A stretch of 57,410 bases of DNA, the filler included, from Basidiobolus ranarum (taxonomy: Eukaryota), in the NCBI GenBank assembly GCA_040143965.1. It is 7 parts of 7 records of this genome, joined end to end, with 100 filler letters (N's around TTAATTAATTAA, not from the genome) between each part and the next. Parts side by side here need not be neighbours in the genome. Positions count along the whole stretch, not along the records: positions 8,230 to 16,351 come from JASJQH010007890.1; positions 16,452 to 24,572 come from JASJQH010007891.1; positions 24,673 to 32,787 come from JASJQH010007892.1; 4 more parts are not named here. The stretch is one strand, 5' to 3'. Of this stretch, positions 12,554-24,674 are shown piece after piece. A model generated the notes under the pieces. It saw only the letters and a program-made list of their open reading frames with translations, ran no database searches and was not told the DNA's origin. How positions within the stretch are numbered: the first letter of the stretch is position 1; the number at the start of each line of letters is the position of its first letter. The translations under genes and the position numbers were made by a program.

Positions 12554-14046
12554 ATGAATTCCCAGAAGAATCATACAAGGCCCATCACACCAAGCCTAGA
12601 TACCAGACATCAACTAGAGCAAATTCAAGAGGAACGCGATCAGTTGATCGCTCGTTTACACGAAGCAAACGAAAAGAATATCTCCATCAATGAAGAAAAT
12701 AGATACCTAAAGAAACAATGTCATCAACTCAATCAAGACTTAATTAACGCTGGTGATACCTCGACTCATCTAGAGCACCAAGTTCTAACTCATGAACAAG
12801 AGATCATACGTCTAACTAAGAAGAATCAAGAGCTTTTAAAAAGTAAACGAGAAACGAAGAAGAAATTGGACCTTGAAAGTGAGGAATTTGAGATAGAAAG
12901 AAACCAATGGTCCGAAAAGGTTCTAACTTTAAACAAAAAGATAAAAACACTCTTGAGTAATCAAAGTCGCGTTTCACCACAAGTATCTCGTGTCTCTCCC
13001 CGTTCTAACATTACCAAAACCACTTCTCAAGTTACTGAACACGACCACTCGCGAGATCTTCCATGTCATATCTCTTCCGACACACCACCAGGCTCACCTT
13101 TACCCAAGAAAAAACCCAAACAGCAGCCCCAACTTGAGGAATTAAAGAAAACAATACGTCAACGTGATAACGTAATCTTCAAACTACGGGAAAAACTGGA
13201 AGAAATCACAAATCAAAGAAACCTCTTGGAACAACGAGATCTAAGCAGGACTGACCAGATGGAGCAGTTACTTGTAGAAAAAAATCAATTAAGAGAAATG
13301 AATTTAACTTTAATGGAGGAAAATGAGTCCTTTCAAATGTTACTGCACGAGAAAACCATATCAGGAAATTTCACACTAAATCGTGGACTACAAGTACGCC
13401 TAATTCCTTTAATTTTTCTGATTGCTGTTGGTAACCAATATTATTTAGAGTCCTCCCGACACCTCAGAAGATGAAGAAATCGAACTAAAACTAGGCATAA
13501 ATAGCTGTAGTACTTTAGCTGCTGAATTGCTACATTCCGCTCCTCCGTCGCCTGGTTTCTCAGAAACAGAAGAAGACTCACCAGATAGTTAGTACTTTTA
13601 ATAAGATATTACTTTAGCACTTCAATTCTCACTAACTCTATTTTCCAGGCGAATTTAAAAAGTTGAGAGAAGAAATTCGTGTCCTAAGGGATGAGAATAA
13701 AGGTTTAACCCTTTACGTAAACAAAATACTGACTCGCATTATGGAAAGCGGAAAACTTGAGGAAGTACTAGCTTCGGATTACCAGGACCCGGATCCTAGA
13801 GCTTCCAGCACCTTGGATGTCCCTCCAACAATAACGGTCACACCAGTGGCATTGCGAGTACGTTCCAATACATTAGTTGGTAAAACATCTAGCGAGAATG
13901 ATGTGGACTTGATGACGGAATCACTGGCGATCGCTCGAGCGAGAAGATCTAATACAGTTAGTACCAACAGTAATCCCATCACTGGTTTTCGAGCTGCGTG
14001 GAAAAGAATGAGTGGTGCAACATGGATTGCTAAGCCTAATAGTTAG
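12554..14046 (+). CDS. Coiled-coil protein with C-terminal Rab11-FIP-RBD-like segment (3 exons)
   Basis: Exons 12554-13393, 13449-13587 and 13649-14046 splice in frame. Long heptad repeats, then LMEENESFQMLL...STLAAEL...ENKGLTLYVNKILTRIMES. Confidence 0.75.
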
Positions 14047-14869
14047 CGGTGTTCATCCCCGTACAAGCACCATAAACTATCCGACCATAGTATTGTGCGC
14101 TCTTGGGATATGAGCATGCACGTAGTAGGTACTTAAATCGGTATACAAGCAATACTGAATATAAAATGAAAGCTCTGTAGAATTTACCCTAATGTTTGAC
14201 ATCTAGCTTGCACTTATATACCACTGAAATATCGAGTAATATTGATGAAAATAAATCGTTTAATTGGAACATTTAATGGTGAGGAAAATTATCATCACAG
14301 GGACAACTTGGCCTGTCCATAAGAAATATACATCGTTATACAGGTGAGAAGTCTATACATACAGGAATATTGGTATACAACACAATATCATTCATTAGCT
14401 AGTAGCATGCACAATGTAACTTACAGATGACCTGCTTTCTACAAAATATAATACGACAAAGATAACAACATCGACTAAATCCTAGTATTAATGAAAGGTC
14501 AATAGAAATTGACTTCAACGGTCCACCTACTATGAGGAGCCAGTGGATACACCAGGGACCTAGTTTCGCCCCAATAGATCACCATATTCATGACTGAAGC
14601 AAGAAGAGTCCACTGGCCATTGAGAGAATCTTCCGAGTGTGCCTACTCTCGAATTGTCCAATAATAACCCTCGGTTTTACTGGAATCAGGCGTTTTACCA
14701 GACATGGTGTGGATGGAATTTCATTGGAATTGCTGGCTTTAAGTCAAATCAAAGAGATTCATTCGTTCTTCACCATCTGGTATGTAAAGAGAGTATAAGG
14801 GAAAGCCTGGAGTGATTTGTTATTTATAGTACTAATGTTCATCAACAGCGCTATCTCTTCAACATCTCA

Positions 14870-15304
14870 ATGTTTAACAAATCTCTTAGCCTATTTTTAT
14901 TAGCAATGCTAATGACTGCATTCTTTCACGCTCCAGTTAGTGGGCAAGCCCCTGCAAATCCTCTCACTGACTACCATGAGCAGTTTCGAATGTTAAAAAG
15001 CGTTCTCTCGGCAAAGAGATCGGACTTGAATCACCTTCAAAGTATGTTCAACGCCGGCCAGATCCAAAGCGGCGTCAAACAGCGGCAGGTTTTCATGAAG
15101 TTGCGATCCATTTATGTTACTGTCCGCAGCCGTGAGAAGATTTGGAGTGGTGCGCTTAGAACTGTGTTGAACAGTACTCTGGACAACGGATCCCATACAC
15201 AGATAGCATCCGACCAAAGATACTACATAAAGATCAAGGCTAAGTTTGATGCAATGTACGACCGTGTGTATGGCGAATTGATGTCTTCAGAAACACTCAT
15301 TTAA
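14870..15304 (+). CDS. Small putative secreted protein of unknown function (144 aa)
   Basis: Intronless ORF with a basic N-terminus and hydrophobic core (MFNKSLSLFLLAMLMTAFFHAPVSG|QAP). TATA-like TTTATA at about 14824. Confidence 0.7.
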   Translation: MFNKSLSLFLLAMLMTAFFHAPVSGQAPANPLTDYHEQFRMLKSVLSAKRSDLNHLQSMFNAGQIQSGVKQRQVFMKLRSIYVTVRSREKIWSGALRTVLNSTLDNGSHTQIASDQRYYIKIKAKFDAMYDRVYGELMSSETLI

Positions 15305-15411
15305 TCCTGTATCAGTTCGTTTGAAGAATCATTAAACTTCCTTATTTATTTTGCTTTGTCTGGATTTATTAGATACATGTGAATCAGCTAGGAATATTGA
15401 ATGTTTGTTAA

Positions 15412-16351
15412 TCATAATTTGGGTCGGAAATTCAAGACTTCGCCTCGGTTATCGTATTCGTTGAATCGTTCCCAGTCAAGGGCAATGGGCGCGAACAAAA
15501 GCTCTTGTGGAATATCAAAGGCCTCCACTATATTCAAAGCCTGTGGTGCCAAGTTGGCAATTTTCTCAATATTAAGTTGAACAATACGTTCTCCTTGGGA
15601 TGGTTGAAGAACCTGGTTGATCATGAACCATCCAAGATTGCTCTCAATAAGGTCAAGGAAAAATACAAACGCAATGTCGGTTAAGATGTTCCTATATTAA
15701 TCGAAATGTTAGCCATGAAATTTCCTACGGAAACAAAAGCGAGCTCAACTTACTTGAGAGATCCCTTAGCTTTGTTGATTACTTGCATGAATTGATCTAC
15801 ACAAATACGCTCACCATAGGCACGAGAAGTGGCTTGGATCAGATCAGATTCTTGAAGCATCCATACTTCAAAGATGGTCTTTCCTTGGCCAACCTTGGTA
15901 GCCATCTTCTGGCTTAACTCCTTAATTAAAAGATCAGATCTGAGGCGTGCAAAGTCCGCCAAATCATCGAGTGAGTCAAGTCTCCATGTATTGGGTTTGC
16001 TGCGATTTGCAATGGTAGATAAGTTTGCAGTGTTGCTTCGGACAGCATCAAGCAACTCCTTGGCTACTTTTTGCATTAATACTGAATTATCACCCTCGGC
16101 AGTAATACCCTAATGATCAATATATAGTAAGTATCCATGCTAATTAACAACGAAGAGGTAGGAATCTCAATCTTACCGCATGAGCAAAACCAATGGTGGA
16201 TGAGAATCTGGAAGATTTCAAGTATCCTTGGCCACCACATCTTTCGCGGCAAATGCTACCAAGTCTTTCGGTGTGCCAGGTGATGCGCGGCTTGATCACG
16301 CAGCAAAGGCGAACCCCCTCCGCGTGTGGGGTAGTTGGAGTCATCCTCATG
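15412..16351 (-). CDS. Peroxisomal acyl-CoA oxidase, 3' part (5'-truncated at contig end)
   Basis: Contains CRERCGGQGYL and HA|GITAEGDNSVLMQKVAKELL, then VEAFDIPQELLFAPIA. Two introns (about 16175-16111 and 15753-15692). Ends in the PTS1-like tripeptide PKL. Confidence 0.88.
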
Positions 16352-16451
16352 NNNNNNNNNNNNNNNNNNNNNNNNNNNNNNNNNNNNNNNNNNNNTTAAT
16401 TAATTAANNNNNNNNNNNNNNNNNNNNNNNNNNNNNNNNNNNNNNNNNNNN
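16352..16451. other. Artificial contig linker
   Basis: N-TTAATTAATTAA-N, 100 nt. Confidence 0.98.
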
Positions 16452-17413
16452 CCAGCATGATACATACATTACAATAGCCATCAATGGGCTCAGAGCCTAT
16501 CACAGATGTATTCGTTGATGGGGTGATGTATGATGCAAGATATTGACGACTCAAGGTAGATCGTTGTGCGGCAGTTAAATTGTGGTGCTTGAAGGTTTAC
16601 ATGCTTTCCTGATTCAGGCATCGAGAATGCAACACTGTTTGAGCGTATCAGGCCAATGAAGACGCCTGGTTCCTTTTAGAGAGAGATCTATTGTTTGATT
16701 TCTGAATATTATCCTGGAGTGGAATCAGATCGAAGGAGTAAGGAACAGTTGCTCATCGATATTATCCCATTCCACAATTTCGGTGTTCCTATCCCCTTGT
16801 TTAAGTCTAGTGGAATCGAGTCTTCTCAGTTTTGCATGCACATAGGCAATGTCAATTGCTTTCAACCCATGCATTGTATCAGAGGTTTGAAATACCAGTA
16901 ATAGTTATAAATGGGATGGCTAATAGAAACGCTTGCCACCTAATAAACATGGTGTCGGGAATTAAGCAGTGGAAACGGGGTGCTTATAGGAGCAATCGAA
17001 GCTTGTTATTCGATTGAGTCGATTAGTTTAAGGCTGGCGATTACTTAAGCGGGTGAATCATTGGGAACTAAATTGGTGTTACATCAATCGATCTATTGGT
17101 CAGCATTAGATCCCCGTGCATTCTAATACTAGTTATACTTCGACGGGCTAAAAACCGGTGACGCTGATATTTAGAGTTAATTTTGTAATATTAATAATAG
17201 CTGAACTCCATTTTTGGCCAGCTTCTGAAGGATATATAAATCCGCCTACTCTTCTCATATCGCTAAAATCACTTTTTGACTACATTCTTCTCCACTTCCT
17301 TGGGATTACTCGAATAGTCCTTATAATAGTTACAAATATTCTCTTGACTCAGCATCCATCTCTCGTTCTGTTCTACCAACGCTTATCCCCTTACTATTTA
17401 TACTCAACTCCCC

Positions 17414-18363
17414 ATGGATATTTTAGAGCTCATTCATTTGGATAATGTTGCTGAGTCTGATAAGCCTTTTCGCTGTACTTGGCCAGATTGTCGCAAAGGG
17501 TTCTCTCGTCGTTCCGACCTCTCCCGACATTGTAGAATACACACAAATGACAGACCTTTTGTATGCCAAGTACACGGTTGCGGGAAAAGCTTCATCCAAG
17601 TAGGTATTCTATCCCTGGTTCCCAATATATATAGCTACTAACTGCTGTCATTGTTTTCAGCGCTCCGCTTTAACAGTTCATCAAAGAACCCATTCTGGTG
17701 AACGTCCGCATGCCTGTGAACATGATGGTTGTAATAAGACATTTAGTGATAGTAGCTCGTTGGCGCGCCATCGTCGTATCCATACAGGCAATAGACCATA
17801 TAAATGCAAGTTTGAAGAGTGCGCCAAAAGGTACAGTTGTACGAGTCATAGCTATCACTATTCATACTAAAACCATGTTATTTTGTAGCTTTTGCCGTAA
17901 ATCAATACTAACAAAGCACTTGAAGGACGTTCACAGTGCTCATCGCAAGACCTCTCAGCGATTTTCAACTACAACTCAGAATGAGGCGAGTAATGGAAGT
18001 GGCAGTGCTAATAGTAGTATTAGTAGTAGCTCTTCCATTACAGAACATCATCCACAAACTGAAGATCCTTCTCAATTCAATCGAAACGCTATTAGTACCA
18101 ACCGGAATTTTAGTGGAGGTCCAGTGATGGCGAATACGCTGCCCCGGTTTATGGCACTCTCAAATTCGGAAGAACATTTACCACCAATGGCATCGTCGCC
18201 ACTGTCATCGATGTCCAATTCACCATACCCAGAGGCTCATGCATACAACATACAGGGCGACCCGCAGTCAGTCAATATCCTCCCCCCTTTTCAAAATTTT
18301 TCTAGTCGCACCCTTCCGGACAAGGAATTCTATCCACTTGTAATACTACCCCCGTGCTCATGA
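17414..18363 (+). CDS. C2H2 zinc-finger transcription factor (4 tandem fingers, 3 exons)
   Basis: Exons 17414-17599, 17661-17830 and 17889-18363. Fingers CTWPDC..HCRIH, CQVHGC..HQRTH, CEHDGC..HRRIH and CKFEEC..HLKDVH with TGERP-type linkers; S/P-rich tail. Confidence 0.92.
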
Positions 18364-20819
18364 CGTGACCCGAACTACTGAGCTAATCCTTTCGAACAAA
18401 CCATGTAAATTGGCTAGGACCACACTAAATCGAGTTGATTTAGGAAGGTCGCAACATGTACATATGTACCTTCGATAACTTGCACAATGATTATTGCATC
18501 TGGCATTATGTATTCGAACAATTTACTGTACTAACTACAATGGTGTTTATAGAGACTACATTGCCATCTCTTTCATTTTGCCGCAACTATACTACAGAAT
18601 CCTTTCAATATAAATGAATTAAAGCGAAAAACTGTTCCTTATTTGTTGGCATTGCTAGTAACAGTGCAGTGTAGCTGGAAATCCCTTCGTTTCCGTGATA
18701 TTTGGTCCGAGGGTAAATGGCCAATAACCATAGTAAGGTGATCTTATGTCACATTTCGGACGATGAATCTTGGCGGTTGAGAATCCATTTGTGCATAGAT
18801 GGAAAGATGAAACCTTCGTAATAGAATGTACTATTCATGGGATGAGATAATATGGAACCTTCATTACCATGTTTAGGTATGATTAGCAATCGGCTAAATC
18901 TCATTGATTTTGCGCTCTAGTAATCTTGATTGATTGAAAGTAATGATGCATATTCCAAAAACAATGAGGCAATAGATGCATGATTAATTACTTGGGACCA
19001 GTGGTTGGTGGGAGTAAGCTTTGACCCACTGGATGGTTATGATTGTTTACCGGAGCTCCGATGGCCCCTTTTCAGTGTGAGAAGTACTTTGTTTGCCAAG
19101 CATCATGCATATGCACATCAAACATCATATGGCCCGACTCAGTTGGTGGAATCGGAATCGAATTTCAAGCTTGTAAGAACGATTTATCCATATCCATCTT
19201 CTAACAGGATACGCGCATAGGAGATTTGAGTTGAAACATGTTTAGAAGGCCTATTCGTAAGGCGCCCATTCAACAATCGGAAGGGTTTGGTTATTTAAGC
19301 CAATAAACAATACAGAACTAGCTGACATAAACATTCCATTGGCTCTATCCATTGATTATGATATTTTCTTGCCTTACCCGGATCGGAAAAACTTCTCGAG
19401 GCTACAGTGCACAGCAGATGGCCAATGGCTATGAAAGTCCCACCCATATTCTGTTGTGTGCTATGTGCATTTGGTGTCACTAATCATTACGAATCATTGA
19501 GTAGTGAGCAAGTGGCCCGAGCTTGGCTATGTAACACAAAAAGCGAAGCTGTATATGGCATCGAAATAATCACATCTCGTATTAAGTTAATTACAAGCAT
19601 GAAGAAATTCCTTTCAGCGATTGAACGGTAACTGCTGGAACCAAGGCCCCTTGACTTAGAGTCACTGTTTATTCCAAAAGGAAGTATACTGGACAATATC
19701 CAAGTCGACCCATCACCCTTGAGTTGCCTGTTTGTACCCTAATAAGTATGGATCTGTATATGGGTTTGCAGTGCCTATGAACGAGTAAACAAGTATCAGG
19801 GGACTGGCATCATAAGACTTGGAACAAGAGTAAATACATATCTATTATTGTGATATGCTGGACAGGACAAGATCGGAAATATTTAATCGCTAAATGGGCA
19901 CTAATGTTGAGTAAAATGATTGTATACCAATGAAGAAAAATAAGACAGGTGACTTTTGCTGGTTTGGAGTGTGCGATTAATATTTGGGATTTTTTGCGTC
20001 GATACAAAATCGCTGCCATTTTGTGCACATGGCAGTAGTTGGAATATTCTTCTATCGCAACTAGCCACCTCCGTTGCACAGTTTAGACTTTAAAGCTATG
20101 GTAGGAATGCATCACGTATAGGCATAGCTGAATATTATCAAGAGGTGTGTCGTAGATGTAGACATACATCTTTTAGATCTAAGGTAGCATTCTAAGTGAG
20201 TATACCAGTTTAGGATCCAGCAGTGAAAAATATTGCAGTTATATTTTTTCGAGATACGGCGTCAGAAAACAAATGGGTATTTTGGTTAGTTTTAGTAAAA
20301 CACAGGTGAAACTCCCAAAATTATCCTGCTTCATCCAGTACTATAGAAACAGCCTAATCATATTTTCTTCATCCACAGCATAAAAATAAATATATATTAG
20401 TCATTCAACGAGACAATCAGTCTAAATCACACATCGCTTCTGATTATACGAAACAATCCCTTTAACTCCAGATACTTTTAACTATGAGCACTAACCTAGT
20501 AATAACTCGCCTGTCAACTAACCACCATATCCAGATCTCAACCTGCAATGGAACAAAGCTTTGGTTTGGACTTTAAACTTTACAAATTCTAAGTGAAATT
20601 GACATCAGACAAGAATAACCACAGTGAATGCGCTGCCTATGTATATCTATATTTGAATAATATAAATCACATAGAATGGAAAACGAGAGTTCTAGAAGGG
20701 TATTGTCCCCACACTAAAACATAGGATCTTGTATAGTGCATCAAAATAGAGTAAATTGCCAGGAAGGCGATTGAGAAAAATTGATACAGAATAAGGCTAG
20801 AGAGTACTATAATTTTGTA

Positions 20820-20990
20820 TATTGAAAGTTGGTCTCTTCTCAGTGAGCAATTTGGCAACGTGGCCATATTTCACTACTTTAAGGATTAGTAATGAGTTCC
20901 TGGTACTTCTTGACTGTGCCAATAGATACTCCAACCTTTTGGGCCATTTCTTATGTGAATCACCCTTCCTAAGGTATGATGCTGAGGGTG
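20820..20990 (-). pseudogene. Possible Tc1/mariner transposase N-terminal HTH relic
   Basis: Across frameshifts the minus strand reads YLRKGDSHK/EMAQKVGVSIGTVKKYQE.../KYGHVAKLLTEK, resembling the Tc1 HTH plus GRP-like motif. No catalytic domain or TIR seen. Confidence 0.35.
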
Positions 20991-21153
20991 TCCTGTCATA
21001 TGCTACAAATGACGTGGAAGAGAAACAAAGAGGCATATTTAGTATGTATGTGCATCATCCAAATGTTGACAATGTCATATTTTAACATCTAATGTTATCT
21101 AAATAATATCAGGATGTCTCATCTTAATCCTGCACATGCTCTGACCATAGCAT

Positions 21154-21775
21154 TGTTGAAATAAGCATAGCCTAAACATCTATATAGTAATATACAACTT
21201 AGTATTTAGTTATTTCATATTGACCTAAGCTATCACCTCAAGAGAAATTTCCTTGCAATATTATTACCAACTTGGAAATTCTGAGATATATTAATTATTT
21301 TGAACTTTTTCTGGGAGCTCCAAACTTTACACACATCTTTCTGGGACCTTCCTTAACATAATCTACATGTTTGTGTGTTTATGTCTTGACATAACAATAA
21401 ATGTAGACTTCACTCAATATATCAATAGATGAAATCTACTACTTCTTCTAGTTCTCCAAGTCACTTCCAAGAATCTCCTAAATCACTTTCACAGGTTATA
21501 AGCCCCAAGGATGCACTCTCCTTAATGGCTACTTCTCAAATTTCTGAACCATTTCCATCTGGTAAAAATTGGATGGATCCATATATGAAGCTTGTAAAAT
21601 AAAAAGAAAATGCTGCTATAAGAGAAAGGGCTTTGGGATGCTATTGTAGGAGAGGAAAGCAATGCAAAACTCTCTGAAACACTAGTTTTACTTCCATATG
21701 AAAAATATAAGGTGTCTTTATCAAAATTTATCTCTATGCAAAAGACAAATTAATGATTTAAGATTTGTGTTCAAG
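21154..21775 (+). mobile_element. Truncated Ty1/copia copy: LTR (21154-21493), PBS (21494-21505) and decayed gag start
   Basis: TGTTG...ACA LTR similar to 21803-22150, followed by GGTTATAAGCCC and sequence paralleling 22160-22430. Confidence 0.8.
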
Positions 21776-21802
21776 AAGGGTAATGCTAAATGTAGTTTCT
21801 AT

Positions 21803-24572
21803 TGTTGAAATTAGCATTGCCTAAGCACCCATATAGTCATATATAGCTTAATACCTAGTTATCTCATAATTCACCAAGATATTATCAATTATTCTCAATT
21901 AAAATTTACTTAGGATATTTTTACCAACCTAGAAGTTCTCAAATATACAGATTTTTCAAACTTGTGCTAGAAGCCCCAAACTCTGCAAGCATGTTCATGG
22001 GACTTTCCTTAGCACATTCTACATGTTAGTCTGTATACATCTTGACAAAACTAAAAATGTCATCTTTCTACTCAATAAATCAATCAGTGAAAACCACCAA
22101 TTCCTCTGATTCTCCAAACCACTCTCAACAAGCTCCCAGGTACTTTAACAGGCTATGAGCCCCATGCTTCCACTCTCTGTAATGTCTACTTCTCAAATCT
22201 ATGGAACTTTTCCCTCTTCAGAAAAATTAGATAGAACCAATTATCAAGTTTGGAAAATTAAAATCAAAATGCTGCTGCAAGAAAAAGGACTTTGGGACAT
22301 TGTTGTAGGGGAAGAAAGCAATGCAAAACTATCTGAAACCAAAGTTTTACTCCAAGCTAAATAAGAATAAAGTGCCTTCAACACAATTTGTCTTAATGAT
22401 AAAGACAAATTGCGAATTCAATGTTCAAGAGCTAAAACTGCCAAGAAGGTATAGAAAGCCTTGGAAGACACCTACAAAACAAGTTCTGCTGCCAAGAAGA
22501 TGTTTCTAAGAAGACAATTCTTTAACTCAAAGATGAAACCAGGAGAAGGCATTAAATTGCTAATTAATAGAGTCACTATTTTAGTGGATGAAATGGATTG
22601 CATTGGAGTATCTACCACTGATCACAATATCATAGTTACAGTCCTGAATAGCCTCCTACATGAGTTTCAGAGCCTAGTAATGGCTCCAGAATCAATAACT
22701 GAAAATTTGACCTTAAATTATGTATTTGGCAGACCTCTGCATGAAGATTTATGCAAATTAGGATCCAACCAAAAGCATGAAGAAAATGCTTTAATAGGCT
22801 ATGGGAAACTTTCCTGTAAAGGTCAAAAGCACTTTAACAAGAAAATTAACACATTCTGTGATTACAGTAAAAGAACTTGCCATTTAAGCAAAGATTGCTT
22901 TGAAAGATTTGCAACAAAAGAAAAACATACTGAATCTGGAAATGTGGTTACAACAGAAGATCACTTGTTCATATCTGCTCCATCTCTGACTATCAACAAG
23001 GATTCCCTGATGTGGTATATTCATTCTGGAGACTCCCAACATTTCACAAATGAAAAACATTGGTTTGTGGATTATCAAGAAATCCCAATTAGAAAGGTTT
23101 TCATGGGAGATAACTGCACCTTGGATGCCATTGGAATGGGAACTATTCAAGTCAATTTAACTGGTGCTTCTGAAGAGAAAATGTATACTTATAAGGGTGT
23201 GCTACATGTTCCAGATATTGCCAAGAACTTAATATCTGTATGCAAGGCCACCTCAGAAGCACTAAAATTCAATTTTCACAAGTAATGATATACAATCACT
23301 GATCAAAATGGGAATTATCTTTGGGAGAAAAGAATCAGAGCTTGTACAAACTTACATATAATCCAAGAGGTTTATATGTAAATAAAAGTTACTCCAATCA
23401 AAAAACTATTCAATTATGGCATCAGAGCTTTGGCCATATTAGATTTGATTTTTGAGCAAAATGACAAAAATTGCCTAATTTTGGTAATTCAAATTGAACC
23501 AAAATGAAAATTTGCAAGGGTTATATATATGGAAAGCAGGTCAGGCAACTGCTCAAGAGCTCTGGGTTAATGAAATCTGTCAAAAAATTGGATTTAATTC
23601 ATTCAGATTTGTGTGGACCTATGCAAAATCTATCTTTAGGCAGAAAAAGATATTCATTTGCATTTATTGAAGATCATACAAGATACACTTGGGTCTACTT
23701 TATGGAAAGAAAAGAAGAAGCTCTCTGTATCTTTAGAGACTTTAAAACACTTGTGGAGACTCAAACTGGAACTAAAATCAAGAAAATATATAATGATAAT
23801 GGTGGACAATATACTTCAACACTATTTAAGCACTTTTGCAAAGTTCATGGAATTAAGCAAGAAACTACTGCCTCCTATTCACCTCAACAAAATGGAGCTG
23901 CTGAAAGAGCTAACAAGACTATAACAGAAGTGGCATGATATATGTCAAATGCACAAAATTTATCTCATCACTTTTGGGCAGAATCTGTGGCTACAGTGGT
24001 ACATCTGAAGAATAGGAGATTTACTAGAAATCTGTCTAACTCTACACCATATCAAGCTTGTTTTGGAGTTAAACCTGATGTAAAAAATTTGAGGATCTTT
24101 GGACACATTGCTTATGTCAAAATTCTGACTAAAATTGGTCTGAATTTGTTCAAAAAAAAGTAAGAAATCCATATTCCTGGGTTTTTACACTAAAACTAAG
24201 ACCTACAGATTCTATGATATCAAAATTTCCAAGTTAATCAAGTCCAGGGTTGTTTTGTTAAACAAAAATGGAAAATTTCATCCAAAATGACCTCAGATGG
24301 TGATGAAAATCAATTTTCTCATTCTCCAAACATTCAAATTGATTCAAACCAAAACAATGAAGAAAATAGCATTCCTGTGGACCCTTTAACCAACATTTTT
24401 CACTACTGAAGTGCCCAATACAATGCCAGAAGTTGTAGAACCTTTATCCCAAACCAGAAGATCAAATTGGATCAGAAATAGCCCAGATTACTATATCAAT
24501 GAGTTGCAAAATTGGGCCTATTCCTGCACAGCTCAAATATATGAACCCCTGACTGTAAAAGAGGCCCTGAAT
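21803..24572 (+). mobile_element. Degenerate Ty1/copia LTR retrotransposon (5' LTR, PBS, gag, protease, integrase; cut by the contig end before RT)
   Basis: LTR TGTTG..TTAACA at 21803-22150; PBS GGCTATGAGCCC. Gag NYQVWKIKIKMLL; protease relic WYIHSGDSQHF; integrase LDLIHSDLCGPM...NDNGGQY...SPQQNGAAERANKT; YEPLTVKEAL. Multiple stops and frameshifts. Confidence 0.93.
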
Positions 24573-24672
24573 NNNNNNNNNNNNNNNNNNNNNNNNNNNN
24601 NNNNNNNNNNNNNNNNTTAATTAATTAANNNNNNNNNNNNNNNNNNNNNNNNNNNNNNNNNNNNNNNNNNNN
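24573..24672. other. Artificial contig linker
   Basis: N-TTAATTAATTAA-N, 100 nt. Confidence 0.98.
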
Positions 24673-24674
24673 TT

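Noticed and set aside
2-16351. Apparent peroxisomal beta-oxidation cluster (FOX2 and acyl-CoA oxidase), and a meiosis/polarity cluster (Igo1, Tea1-like, Mei2)
   Set aside because: The genes lie on different contigs joined by an artificial linker; only Igo1 and the kelch gene are truly adjacent.
18700-20800. Several 60-90-aa ORFs in the long intergenic region
   Set aside because: No motifs, splice pattern or codon bias supporting a gene; no tRNA, snRNA or rRNA signature recognised here or elsewhere in the window.
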